A stretch of 29,791 bases of DNA from a virus (taxonomy: Duplodnaviria; Heunggongvirae; Uroviricota; Caudoviricetes): the IMG/VR virus record IMGVR_UViG_2690315748_000001, positions 124,652 to 154,442 of that record; one strand, 5' to 3'. The position numbers were made by a program, and so were the translations under genes. Of this stretch, positions 8,588 to 17,336 are shown in pieces. The first letter of the stretch is position 1. The number at the start of each line of letters is the position of its first letter. Under the pieces are notes generated by a model. It saw only the letters and a program-made list of their open reading frames with translations. It had not been told where the DNA came from and did not search any database.

Positions 8588-9739
8588 TTATATTGTTGTT
8601 GCTATGATAATCTCCAACGTGACATTCTGTATGCCTACGCCCTGTTGAATTACATTGATCCTAAACAGATCGCCTTCATTAACCACGCTATCAAATACCG
8701 AAGCTGTTCCATCATCAAAAAATGATCCTGCCTTGAAGAATAGATTGGTTAGCATGATATTATTCCAATCAACCATATCTCTTGATTTCTCAATTGCTAT
8801 TTCGGTATCGCTATCTCCCTTAATTCCGCAAAGAGCCTTGATGCCAATAATATTCCCATCAAATGGAAATCTAGCAACGATTGTTTGAACGCCTTGCAGT
8901 GGATAAGATGGAACAACAAAAACTAATGCTCTTTTGGAATAAGTTTCTTCATCAATTATCCTGAGTCTCTTATAGTCCTCTTTGGACAGCAAGCCATCAA
9001 TCGTTTCATCAGCTAGTGGAATACCACCACCAAATAGATCAATAGGAACCCAATCAATCCCATCCCAACGATAGCGAATACCTGTATCGTAGACCTGAAC
9101 AGTCCAACCAACATCAGGGTTTGGGTACTCAACAGCAATATCATCGTACTTATTGACATATGGCAAAAACACCAGTCGTGTCGTCTGATACGCATCCAGA
9201 GCCTTGTCTGTTGCCACAATCGCTCTCTCTGTAGCATCTTTGGCATCATTTGTTGTTCTTTCGGAATCGACTATCGTTTCGAGAATTAATTCTCTCATCT
9301 TCTCGTAGTCTTTAATTCTCTTCTCAGCATCATATATGCTTGTCTTAGCTCTCTCGATAATCACATCGAGTGATTCGACAACATCATTAAGCTCATCTTG
9401 ATGATAGATTCTACTTGATGGATATTGGATAAACCCCTTGCCTTTATAAACAATGTTGATCTTCTTCGACTCCATTGTTTCATGAAACTGAATCACACCA
9501 GTTGAGTAATTAACACTAAACTGGTACGGAAGAATAGATTTCTTTGGCGTTCCATCATAGTTAATCTCAATCATTCCAGCAATCTTGACCCTTGTAAATC
9601 TGTCTGGAATCTCAGCAAGTACAACTTTATGGTTCAGAATCTTCAAGTATTCTGCCCGATCTATATAAGGGTCTTCTGCCGTTCCATTTCTCCAAATAAT
9701 ATGCAAGGGGTCTAAATAGGAATAATCTGAGTATGGCAT
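8588..9739 (-). CDS. Putative upper-baseplate/fibre-anchoring protein (383 aa)
   Basis: N-terminal WRNGTAEDPY...VVLAEIPD...FSVNYSTGVIQF...YKGKG...PSSRIY segment typical of SPbeta-type baseplate/fibre N-termini, then a coiled coil, YPNPDVGWTV...YRWDG, and a C-terminal beta-sandwich. SD GGAGGTG. Confidence 0.5.
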   Translation of the reverse strand: MPYSDYSYLDPLHIIWRNGTAEDPYIDRAEYLKILNHKVVLAEIPDRFTRVKIAGMIEINYDGTPKKSILPYQFSVNYSTGVIQFHETMESKKINIVYKGKGFIQYPSSRIYHQDELNDVVESLDVIIERAKTSIYDAEKRIKDYEKMRELILETIVDSERTTNDAKDATERAIVATDKALDAYQTTRLVFLPYVNKYDDIAVEYPNPDVGWTVQVYDTGIRYRWDGIDWVPIDLFGGGIPLADETIDGLLSKEDYKRLRIIDEETYSKRALVFVVPSYPLQGVQTIVARFPFDGNIIGIKALCGIKGDSDTEIAIEKSRDMVDWNNIMLTNLFFKAGSFFDDGTASVFDSVVNEGDLFRINVIQQGVGIQNVTLEIIIATTI

Positions 9740-9756
9740 ATTTTCACCTCCCCATT

Positions 9757-10203
9757 TTAGTTTACAAATACAGTTGTGCTTCCCCCATTGATTTTAGATG
9801 TACTCCCAACGGTAGTTTTAACATCTGCACCATCAAAGGCTACTGCTTTACCTCCAATGAATACAGTTGAAGATCCAATAGAAACCGTTCCTGATCCTGA
9901 TCCTGATTTTCCGGGGCTTGCGCTAGGTGAACTAGCCCCATGTCCGTGTGTTGGCATACTTCCAGCAACCCAATGCTCATCTGTTTGATCGCCTTTAACA
10001 ACAACAGCCTTCCCACCAACAAAAACCTTAGTGTTAGATGCCTTCACCGTTCCATTTACAATTGCTTCTGTAGTGCCACTACCACTACTATCTCTATCCC
10101 AATCTCCATCACTGTCTTTTGTCTCGTAAGTCCATGTATAACTTACATATCCACTCTTAGCGGACTCTGTAATAGGCAAACTATCATAAGCCACTCCTGC
10201 CAT
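9757..10203 (-). CDS. PAAR-like (T4 gp5.4-like) spike-tip protein, 148 aa
   Basis: Repeated PAAR-type strands TKVFVGGKAVVVKGD and STVFIGGKAVAFDGA, terminal STTVFVN, and His residues (DEHW, THGHG). It lies directly downstream of the Tal/spike gene. The true start is ATG 10203 (SD GGGAGG); the ORF-track start 10251 is inside the terminator. Confidence 0.75.
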   Translation of the reverse strand: MAGVAYDSLPITESAKSGYVSYTWTYETKDSDGDWDRDSSGSGTTEAIVNGTVKASNTKVFVGGKAVVVKGDQTDEHWVAGSMPTHGHGASSPSASPGKSGSGSGTVSIGSSTVFIGGKAVAFDGADVKTTVGSTSKINGGSTTVFVN

Positions 10204-10219
10204 CGCAATTCCCTCCCAT

Positions 10220-10253
10220 AAAAAATGTGTCGGAAGAAAGACTCCCGACACAT
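10220..10253 (-). terminator. Intrinsic terminator between the Tal and PAAR-like genes
   Basis: Minus strand ATGTGTCGG(GAG)-TCTTT-(CTT)CCGACACAT followed by TTTTT. Confidence 0.8.
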
Positions 10254-10258
10254 CCCTA

Positions 10259-13200
10259 TTAATTCAAATCAATTCTAGTACCTACAAGTTTGATTCCTGT
10301 TTGGGAAACTTCAATATAGTTACTAGCATTCGCTTCAAATCTAATAACATGACCATTGGTAACCATCTTTATTCCTGCACCATCAGATTGAAAGATCATA
10401 CCGTTTGCGCCTGTTCCATAGTCATTGGTCATCCAGAATCGTCTATAATATCCACCAGAAGCCTTGTAGTCCAACTTGAACGCATCTTGATCTTTTCGGA
10501 TATATCCAATCTCATTTCCTGCTCCATCTCCAATACCCAACTTGATCGTTGCGAATCCATCATGTCCTTCACCCTCAATGATAAATGCCAACTTTTCAAG
10601 GTCATCTGTAGCTCCTGTACCAGTGTAAAACTTAAAGAAGTTTTCCTTAATATGAATGTAGTCTTGTGGTTGATTACCATTCATAGTTCTAACTTCGTTT
10701 ACGGTCAGCTTAGAGATGTAAGAACCATCAGGTAATTGAAGTGGATCAACATCATCTTGAGAAACAATAATCCGTTTCGCTCTCAACGTTCCATCATTGT
10801 GAATCCAAAATCTCGGATCACCATTAACATCAATAGCAATGCCCTCGTTTGCATTCAGCCTGATTTGTTCGCCATGTTGACCGTTGATCGTAATACCATC
10901 CTTCCAATCAAGGATAATGGCATCACCAAGCTTACCATCAAGAATCCGTAGTCTTCTTGTACTCAACTCATCAGCAAACAGATTTCCTTCAAGATCAACA
11001 TAGAACCTCAATTCCCAATTTGGGGAACCAGCAGAACCAACGTTTTTTTCGATTTTGATGCCATCGGTTGCATTCAAGGTGGTTCGATTCATCATGTTAC
11101 CTCTTGTTACCACAATCCCATTTTCAGCATCAATAACAGTATTGTTATAATTTCTGCCCAACTGCAAAGAAGACTTCTCAAGGAAGTCTGCAAGTTTCGC
11201 TCTAGCGCTCTCATACGATTTATAGAAGTTCTCCCACTGTAAATGAAACAAGTATCGCGTAGATTTAAGGTCAGCTACAATATGAGTTGTAGCGTTCATA
11301 TTAGCAAACACAGGAGCCATATAAGTCGTCAACGCATTATAGGATGAAGTTAGGTCATCCCCTGCGGATTGGAGCTGGTTTTTCGCATCGTCCAGACCAT
11401 AGTAGGAAGAATCCCTATCATTATAAATAGTGGTTACATAGTCGTTAATTTGCTCTTTTAGGGTCAGGTATTGTTTTGTAATACTCTTATAGTTATTAGC
11501 TAAAGTTATCTTTTCTGTGGATACGATAACATCATCAATAATAATGGAATCCAAAACAGAAAAATCGAAGTTGAGTGCATCGGCATCAAGTAGCACCCCA
11601 CCAAGTTTAGTTTCAATACGCAAGCGTTTAGCTACCAAATCTTCCGCAATGAGTGTTCCATCCTCATATGTCGAATTTCCAATTGAAGCATAAACTTTGT
11701 TTGTCCATCTGTTGTTTTCCCACTTTTGCAATGCCAAACCATTAGTAGCATTTAAAACGGATCGGTACTTTCCATCGCTCCTTAAAGCGATAAATCCATA
11801 TTCGCCAATAACAACGTTGTTGTAGTACTGACCCATGTTCAGACCTGAATAGAATTGAGCATCCTCAATCTTATTGCGAAGGTTTTTCTCTTCGTCATAA
11901 TATGTTTTGAATTTCAAAATGAACTCTGCGCGATCTGGAATCTCGCTTGTTTGCTCTGTTTTAGGAGAGTTAACGTTAATGTTCAGAGGTGATTGTGTTA
12001 CAATGTCAATGTACTGAGACATGTAATTCAGCAAATCGAAATATGCGTTAGTGAGTGGGGTTGTAGAGTAAAGATCAATTGTACTGGACACTTTGGAGAA
12101 GAACTGTGCTTCCATATCGAAAATATCGTCACGCTGAGAACGAACATATTCATCGGCTTGTTCGATCATTCTATGGTAACCAGCTTCAATCTTATACAAC
12201 TCAGTGATGACTTGCATCTTTTCCAGAGTAGTCAGCTTGTTGTCCATTACAATATCTTTGAAGTCGCCAATATCCAAGTATTGGTTTTCTGCATCAAGAA
12301 TCGTTTTTCCAATATCATTAACGATTTTGATATTCTCAGCAACCAGATCATGAGTATAGAGTGTTCCATCGCTTGGGTCAGCCCACATGATCTTCTCCCA
12401 TCCATCAGGATGCTTGTTCAGATCAGTCGTTGCTCTGTCGATTACGAACCCCTCTCTGTCATCCACTTTTACCCTTGTAATGTCGTTGAATGACCAAAGT
12501 CCGAATACATCAGGATTCTCATTGACTAAACCAAGTTTCATTACAAGTCTTCCATTGCGATCAAAGATTTCCCCCTTTGAACCTTGGAATTTCAGAACAC
12601 CATCTTCATCTTCAAGTGCTAGATTTACACCCATAAAGATTTTTCCGTAAATACGTTCGCCTACGATACCATTAGCGGTGATCGCATGTTTCCATGTGTT
12701 TCCACCATCATTAGTAATAGCGATCATAGAGTTGAGCCCTACCAGATAATTAGCAGGGTCGTTCGGGTCACGGATTATAAGTCCTCTATCAGAAATCTCA
12801 ATAACTTGGTCTTTAGCACCTTTGATAGCTTGCTTGTTTGCATCCCAAATATTATTGATAATCTCATTGATTGAACCTTTGTTCTCCAACGATAAATCCC
12901 ATTTCCAAGAGTCGATAGAGACAGTGGTCGAAGTACTATAAGACTTATATAACATGTCAAGAAACTTGTCTTTGTTTGCAGAATCCTTAACGTTGCTAAT
13001 CGTGATACTAATTTCTTCATCGTCGAATGTATATTCAATTTCAATGATCTTAGCTTTAAATACCACTTGAAGTCTTTCTTGTTCAATCCCAATTGTGTCA
13101 CCTAAACCAAGCTTGTCCCAATTCCGCTGCTCTGTAATCATTGAAAGAAAGTTTACAATATCAATTTTCAATGTAATCTTCTGTTCTTTTGCTTCATTGA

Positions 13201-15031
13201 ATGCTTTAATACCCTCTTTTAACAGGTCGTCAGCGTTATCAATGTTCGTGTCTTGCCATTCCTTCTCAATGATGTATTGATTTCTTTCATTTAGAAGTTC
13301 AGGGGTGAAATTATTCTTCGCATCCAAAAGGACTTTGAGTTTATTGATATCATTAAGAACCTGCTGATAGTAATCTTCCTGAATGGTTATCTCAGCTTCT
13401 TTCATGCTAATCTCTGCTTCCTTAGCTTTGATCTCAATCAGCTTTGCATTAAGCTCTGCAAGCAATGATTGTAAATCACTTTCCAGCAGCGTCTTATCTT
13501 GATATGTGTTATCCAAATGGTCGATATCATCGTTCATTATCGAGATTCGAGTATTCAGTACATCGCGCTCATCAAGCAAGATTTTATACTGAGTGTTTAA
13601 CGTAGTCAGTTCGGTGTTCTTGGTATTAAGAATCGAATAGAATGTGCCACGTTTAGCTACCAAATTTGTGAATGCATCTTTGTTAGCTTGAAGCAGGGCA
13701 TCATACTCGATGATCATGTGGCAAAGCTCATCGGTCATATAGTCGCTATGACTTATAATTTCATGCTCCTTAATCTCTACTTCGATACTGCTTGCAGTAA
13801 ATGATTGATTTTGACCTATAAACCCAAATGTACCAGATGTATGTGTACTATCTTTGGCACTAAAGATGAGTCTATTATCAATCCATACTTTAATAGTGTC
13901 GTTATAAGTTTCCACAGCCATCTTGTAGCTTACATTCTGACTCCAACCATCTACTGAATTAGCTTGAGCAAGCAACGTAGAAACACCATTCTCTACTTTA
14001 TAGATGCGAACATGATTACTTCCCCATCCCATACCACCATTAACTTTGCCAGAGTCCCAACCAACATAATAATAATTATTGGAATCTTGGTAACGAACTA
14101 CAATTCCCATCATATCGTCATCACTAGACGCTCTAAGAGTAGCGGAAACCTTGTAGTTGACGTTTTGACTGTAATCAGGAATGATAGCAATTCCACTACT
14201 TATAGTTCTATCTGAAATCACATTTTTAAAGTATTTACGATTCTCTTGATATGGGTAAACGAAGTAATTGAAATCTTCAATGTACGTTGTTCCTGTAGGA
14301 TTTATTTCACGAATCGAAATATCTTCCTTACCATACATCTTCATTCTGGTAATTATTTCCTCTGCATTTTCTTCTTGATTTAAACTTTCGAGATACTTAC
14401 CATACTTGATTCTGAACCCCTTATCCTGACCCACTAGATCGGGTCTGAGGAAGCTCACGGTGCGATTAAGTGTGTTCCATGCCACCAGAGCGTTGAATGT
14501 CTTAGCGACCTCAAAGACAAGCTCTAGTACGGTGTTGGATGACACTTCAAGCCCTCTGTATTTCAGATCGAACTCTCCATCTACATAGCCAACTCTCCAG
14601 ATTGTATCAACTAACAGATCATTCAGTAATCCTGTTGCATTCTTAGATACGGCAGTATAATCACGAATCAACTTGTCGTTCATTTCGTATCCCAAAGACA
14701 TGGCTTGAATCTCGATAGTTTCTCCATCTTCTTGCCCTTCTTTAGTCAAATTAGTAACGATAAAGTATTCTTCATAGGAGCCTAATACAAGTTTGACAAG
14801 ATATCGCCCTTTCATCATATCTGCATTAGGGTTTCTCTCTACTATATGATGCTTATCAATAAACACTGGCAACACGAAGTTCAGTTCATTCAACGCTCCA
14901 AGTTTTTGGCTAAAGGTTATACTATATGCTTCACCCATTTTAGATATTGTCTGTTTATTTGGTTTGCACAGAAACAATTGTGGCGTAACTGGCTTTTTCT
15001 TAAAATCAATATCGCCAAGTCTCAACATCAA
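10259..15031 (-). CDS. Tal/baseplate hub-central spike protein (prophage tail endopeptidase-like N-terminus), 1590 aa
   Basis: Phage-tail hub N-terminus (LNELNFVLP...YEEYFIV...SLGYEM...WRVGYVD...FRIKYGKYL...ITRMKMYG). Lectin-like insert, coiled coil, AITNDGGNTWKHAITANGIVGERIYG segment, internal repeats, and a beta-rich C-terminus ending GIKLVGTRIDLN. Position after Dit. Confidence 0.85.
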   Translation of the reverse strand: MMLRLGDIDFKKKPVTPQLFLCKPNKQTISKMGEAYSITFSQKLGALNELNFVLPVFIDKHHIVERNPNADMMKGRYLVKLVLGSYEEYFIVTNLTKEGQEDGETIEIQAMSLGYEMNDKLIRDYTAVSKNATGLLNDLLVDTIWRVGYVDGEFDLKYRGLEVSSNTVLELVFEVAKTFNALVAWNTLNRTVSFLRPDLVGQDKGFRIKYGKYLESLNQEENAEEIITRMKMYGKEDISIREINPTGTTYIEDFNYFVYPYQENRKYFKNVISDRTISSGIAIIPDYSQNVNYKVSATLRASSDDDMMGIVVRYQDSNNYYYVGWDSGKVNGGMGWGSNHVRIYKVENGVSTLLAQANSVDGWSQNVSYKMAVETYNDTIKVWIDNRLIFSAKDSTHTSGTFGFIGQNQSFTASSIEVEIKEHEIISHSDYMTDELCHMIIEYDALLQANKDAFTNLVAKRGTFYSILNTKNTELTTLNTQYKILLDERDVLNTRISIMNDDIDHLDNTYQDKTLLESDLQSLLAELNAKLIEIKAKEAEISMKEAEITIQEDYYQQVLNDINKLKVLLDAKNNFTPELLNERNQYIIEKEWQDTNIDNADDLLKEGIKAFNEAKEQKITLKIDIVNFLSMITEQRNWDKLGLGDTIGIEQERLQVVFKAKIIEIEYTFDDEEISITISNVKDSANKDKFLDMLYKSYSTSTTVSIDSWKWDLSLENKGSINEIINNIWDANKQAIKGAKDQVIEISDRGLIIRDPNDPANYLVGLNSMIAITNDGGNTWKHAITANGIVGERIYGKIFMGVNLALEDEDGVLKFQGSKGEIFDRNGRLVMKLGLVNENPDVFGLWSFNDITRVKVDDREGFVIDRATTDLNKHPDGWEKIMWADPSDGTLYTHDLVAENIKIVNDIGKTILDAENQYLDIGDFKDIVMDNKLTTLEKMQVITELYKIEAGYHRMIEQADEYVRSQRDDIFDMEAQFFSKVSSTIDLYSTTPLTNAYFDLLNYMSQYIDIVTQSPLNINVNSPKTEQTSEIPDRAEFILKFKTYYDEEKNLRNKIEDAQFYSGLNMGQYYNNVVIGEYGFIALRSDGKYRSVLNATNGLALQKWENNRWTNKVYASIGNSTYEDGTLIAEDLVAKRLRIETKLGGVLLDADALNFDFSVLDSIIIDDVIVSTEKITLANNYKSITKQYLTLKEQINDYVTTIYNDRDSSYYGLDDAKNQLQSAGDDLTSSYNALTTYMAPVFANMNATTHIVADLKSTRYLFHLQWENFYKSYESARAKLADFLEKSSLQLGRNYNNTVIDAENGIVVTRGNMMNRTTLNATDGIKIEKNVGSAGSPNWELRFYVDLEGNLFADELSTRRLRILDGKLGDAIILDWKDGITINGQHGEQIRLNANEGIAIDVNGDPRFWIHNDGTLRAKRIIVSQDDVDPLQLPDGSYISKLTVNEVRTMNGNQPQDYIHIKENFFKFYTGTGATDDLEKLAFIIEGEGHDGFATIKLGIGDGAGNEIGYIRKDQDAFKLDYKASGGYYRRFWMTNDYGTGANGMIFQSDGAGIKMVTNGHVIRFEANASNYIEVSQTGIKLVGTRIDLN

Positions 15032-15046
15032 GAAAGCACCTCCATT

Positions 15047-15685
15047 TTATCCTTGTAAAGTCTTAAATTCATGTCGTATCGTCAATTCAAAATCTCCCTC
15101 ACCAGTGAGAAGATTGTCTCCTACTTCTAATTCAAGGAAGACATTATTATGGTTGTCGTAGCGATACGTTAATGGTAGATTCGAAATAATATCTTCATTT
15201 TCGCAATCAACATATACTTCTTCATTGTTATTTAAATTAGTAAAAATCAACTCTTGACCATTTGATTCGTTTATAAGCTTGATGTTCCCACTACCATTCC
15301 TTTTGGTAATCCACAACTCAGGCTTACATGCCATATCCCCTGTGTTCACAAGAAGATAAGAACCTGTAAGATAAAAAGAAAAACTCTTAAACTCAGGACT
15401 AACAATACCGTTATTGACCATCTCTACTTTGTATTGAAATTTTGCAAATTCCATGTCGTAATACTCATCCCTGAATAAGATGGGATGGGCAACTTCATTA
15501 ACCTTGACCCATTCTTCCCAATTGTAGGAGTCATACGAAATTCTAATATAGATATCAACTGTACCTTCGTTCACACTATAGTCATATATTAGGTGTTCAA
15601 TGTATGTTTCAAAGTTCGAACTAATATCGAACTCATCAGAAATGTAAACACCTTTCTGAATGTAAAGATCAATCCACTTTGTCAT
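15047..15685 (-). CDS. Distal tail protein (Dit) C-terminal half with N-terminal beta-sandwich (212 aa)
   Basis: LVNTGDMACKPELWI...GSGNIKLIN...FTNL...VYVDCENEDI.S...RYD..N..FLELEVGDNLL matches the C-terminal (galectin-like) half of SPbeta YomH-type Dit. SD GGAGGT. Confidence 0.72.
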   Translation of the reverse strand: MTKWIDLYIQKGVYISDEFDISSNFETYIEHLIYDYSVNEGTVDIYIRISYDSYNWEEWVKVNEVAHPILFRDEYYDMEFAKFQYKVEMVNNGIVSPEFKSFSFYLTGSYLLVNTGDMACKPELWITKRNGSGNIKLINESNGQELIFTNLNNNEEVYVDCENEDIISNLPLTYRYDNHNNVFLELEVGDNLLTGEGDFELTIRHEFKTLQG

Positions 15686-15707
15686 ACCTCAACCTCCCAA
15701 CATAATA

Positions 15708-15734
15708 AATAAAAGGCTACCATCTCTGGTAGCC
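15708..15734 (-). terminator. Intrinsic terminator after the inserted 333-aa gene
   Basis: Minus strand GGCTACCA-GAGA-TGGTAGCC followed by TTTTATTT. Confidence 0.8.
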
Positions 15735-15741
15735 CCATCAT

Positions 15742-16743
15742 TTAACCGATCACTATTACCCTATATTGTCCTGTGGCTGGCGCAGCAGAAAACTCAACAA
15801 TAACGCTGTTTACGTCAGGTGCCTTCACAGTTGATGGAACAAAATTGGCTTGCGCTCCTGTTTCCCTTACAACAACTACAACGTCTTGTGTTCCAAAGTT
15901 ATGATTGATAGTGAAAGATTTCTTTACACCATCACCAATCGTTTCAGAGTATTTGCCAGCAGCACCTAAATTAATTCTTGCGTCTTTAGGGTTGCTTGCG
16001 CCTGTGCCACCATGATCTACAGCAATATCCTTTGCTTTCCATTCACCTGTAGAGATTGTACCTACTGTACTAATAGTGTTCGCTCCTGCATAGCCGCCAA
16101 CTGTACCGAAAGGAATAAACTCGCAGCTAATACCTTTCTCTTCCCAAATGACTGTTTTGTAAGCATACCATTGACAGCTACCATCGGTATTAGTTGTTCC
16201 TGCTGTATTTTTCCATGAAGGCTCTGTTGCTCCAGATGTACCAGCAACAATACACTTATAATAGTAGCTTTTGTCACCAACTGTAGAGATAACGATATCA
16301 TCCAAAGAGTAGTTGTAGGATGCTTGCCAGATCGTGTATTCATAGAGATCATAAATACTTCCTCCACTGGATATAGGAAATGATGGTTCAATAACTGCAC
16401 TTGTGCCACTAACGATACATTCATAATAATGACCATTGTTAGCGTTAGCTATCACTTTATCTCCTACAGAGTAAGTTGTTTGCTTTTTCCACTTTGGAGC
16501 AAATACACCCGTTCGTATATTTGTCCATCCAGCAAATCCACCAATGCTAGGGATTCGATTCCAGTACTTCTTTCCTGAATCATATACTAAGCCGCTAACC
16601 AGATGGGTTTCAACGTTCGAAATAATCTCATCGTAATTATCGTCCAGAATATCAAAATTGTCCGACAATGAAATAATTGTCTGTTGAATATCATCATCAA
16701 CCGAAGGTTGAACTAAATTAAGTCTTTTCGTATTAGTAGCCAT
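15742..16743 (-). CDS. Tail-fibre-like protein with two CBM5/12-like modules (333 aa)
   Basis: Fibre-type N-terminus (MATNTKRLNLVQP...DNFDILD), two W...Y..GD/DD.V...Y.CIV.GTS...EP.W/F modules, the HGGTGASNPKDARINLG fibre motif, and a C-terminal TINHNFGTQDVVV...YRVIVIG domain. Confidence 0.68.
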   Translation of the reverse strand: MATNTKRLNLVQPSVDDDIQQTIISLSDNFDILDDNYDEIISNVETHLVSGLVYDSGKKYWNRIPSIGGFAGWTNIRTGVFAPKWKKQTTYSVGDKVIANANNGHYYECIVSGTSAVIEPSFPISSGGSIYDLYEYTIWQASYNYSLDDIVISTVGDKSYYYKCIVAGTSGATEPSWKNTAGTTNTDGSCQWYAYKTVIWEEKGISCEFIPFGTVGGYAGANTISTVGTISTGEWKAKDIAVDHGGTGASNPKDARINLGAAGKYSETIGDGVKKSFTINHNFGTQDVVVVVRETGAQANFVPSTVKAPDVNSVIVEFSAAPATGQYRVIVIG

Positions 16744-16745
16744 TT

Positions 16746-17336
16746 TTATAAATCACTCCATTTCTTTCCTGCGAGAGTACGCCAAGTAGTTTGCCGCTTA
16801 TTAACCGACATCTTCCCATTAGTGATTAGAATGTTTTCCATATAACCCATCCCACTATTAAAAGTGTTTTCAGAAGCGGTTTTTGTTAGTTTTGAACTAC
16901 TAAAACCCATCTTCTCTTTTAATGTCTTTTGCGTATAACTATATGCACCATCACACCTCATAGTAAGAGTGATGTACCCCTGCTTGGCTCCGTTGTGAAT
17001 CAGATTTGAATCTCCTTCGACTAGGCAATAGAAAACTCGATTGGGATTGTCAACTGTATAAAATGGTTTGTAGTATGGCTGAAACAGCCATCTAGCCACC
17101 TCGCGGATTTTTCTTTCGTCATAACCATTTTCGAAAGCAAAAGTCAGATCAAATTGAAGCGGTTCCAAGTCAATAGACTGGAAATAAGGCTTGTCTCTCC
17201 CAGCTACTTTAGTCTCCACGATGCTTCTTGAAGGAAGGAATGTTTCTTCAAACATTCCCCCGTCAACAGTACAGTTGAGAAGACCCATATCTATCGAGTG
17301 AACACCATCGTAATAAAAGTGAATCCCCTCTAGCAT
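16746..17336 (-). CDS. Distal tail protein (Dit) N-terminal half (196 aa)
   Basis: FYYDGVHSIDMG...ETFLPSRSIVETKVAGRDKPYF...PLQFDLTF...IREVARWL...YKPF...GYITLTMRC matches the Sipho_tail/YomH N-terminal half. The ATG overlaps the tape-measure stop (TAATG). Confidence 0.8.
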   Translation of the reverse strand: MLEGIHFYYDGVHSIDMGLLNCTVDGGMFEETFLPSRSIVETKVAGRDKPYFQSIDLEPLQFDLTFAFENGYDERKIREVARWLFQPYYKPFYTVDNPNRVFYCLVEGDSNLIHNGAKQGYITLTMRCDGAYSYTQKTLKEKMGFSSSKLTKTASENTFNSGMGYMENILITNGKMSVNKRQTTWRTLAGKKWSDL

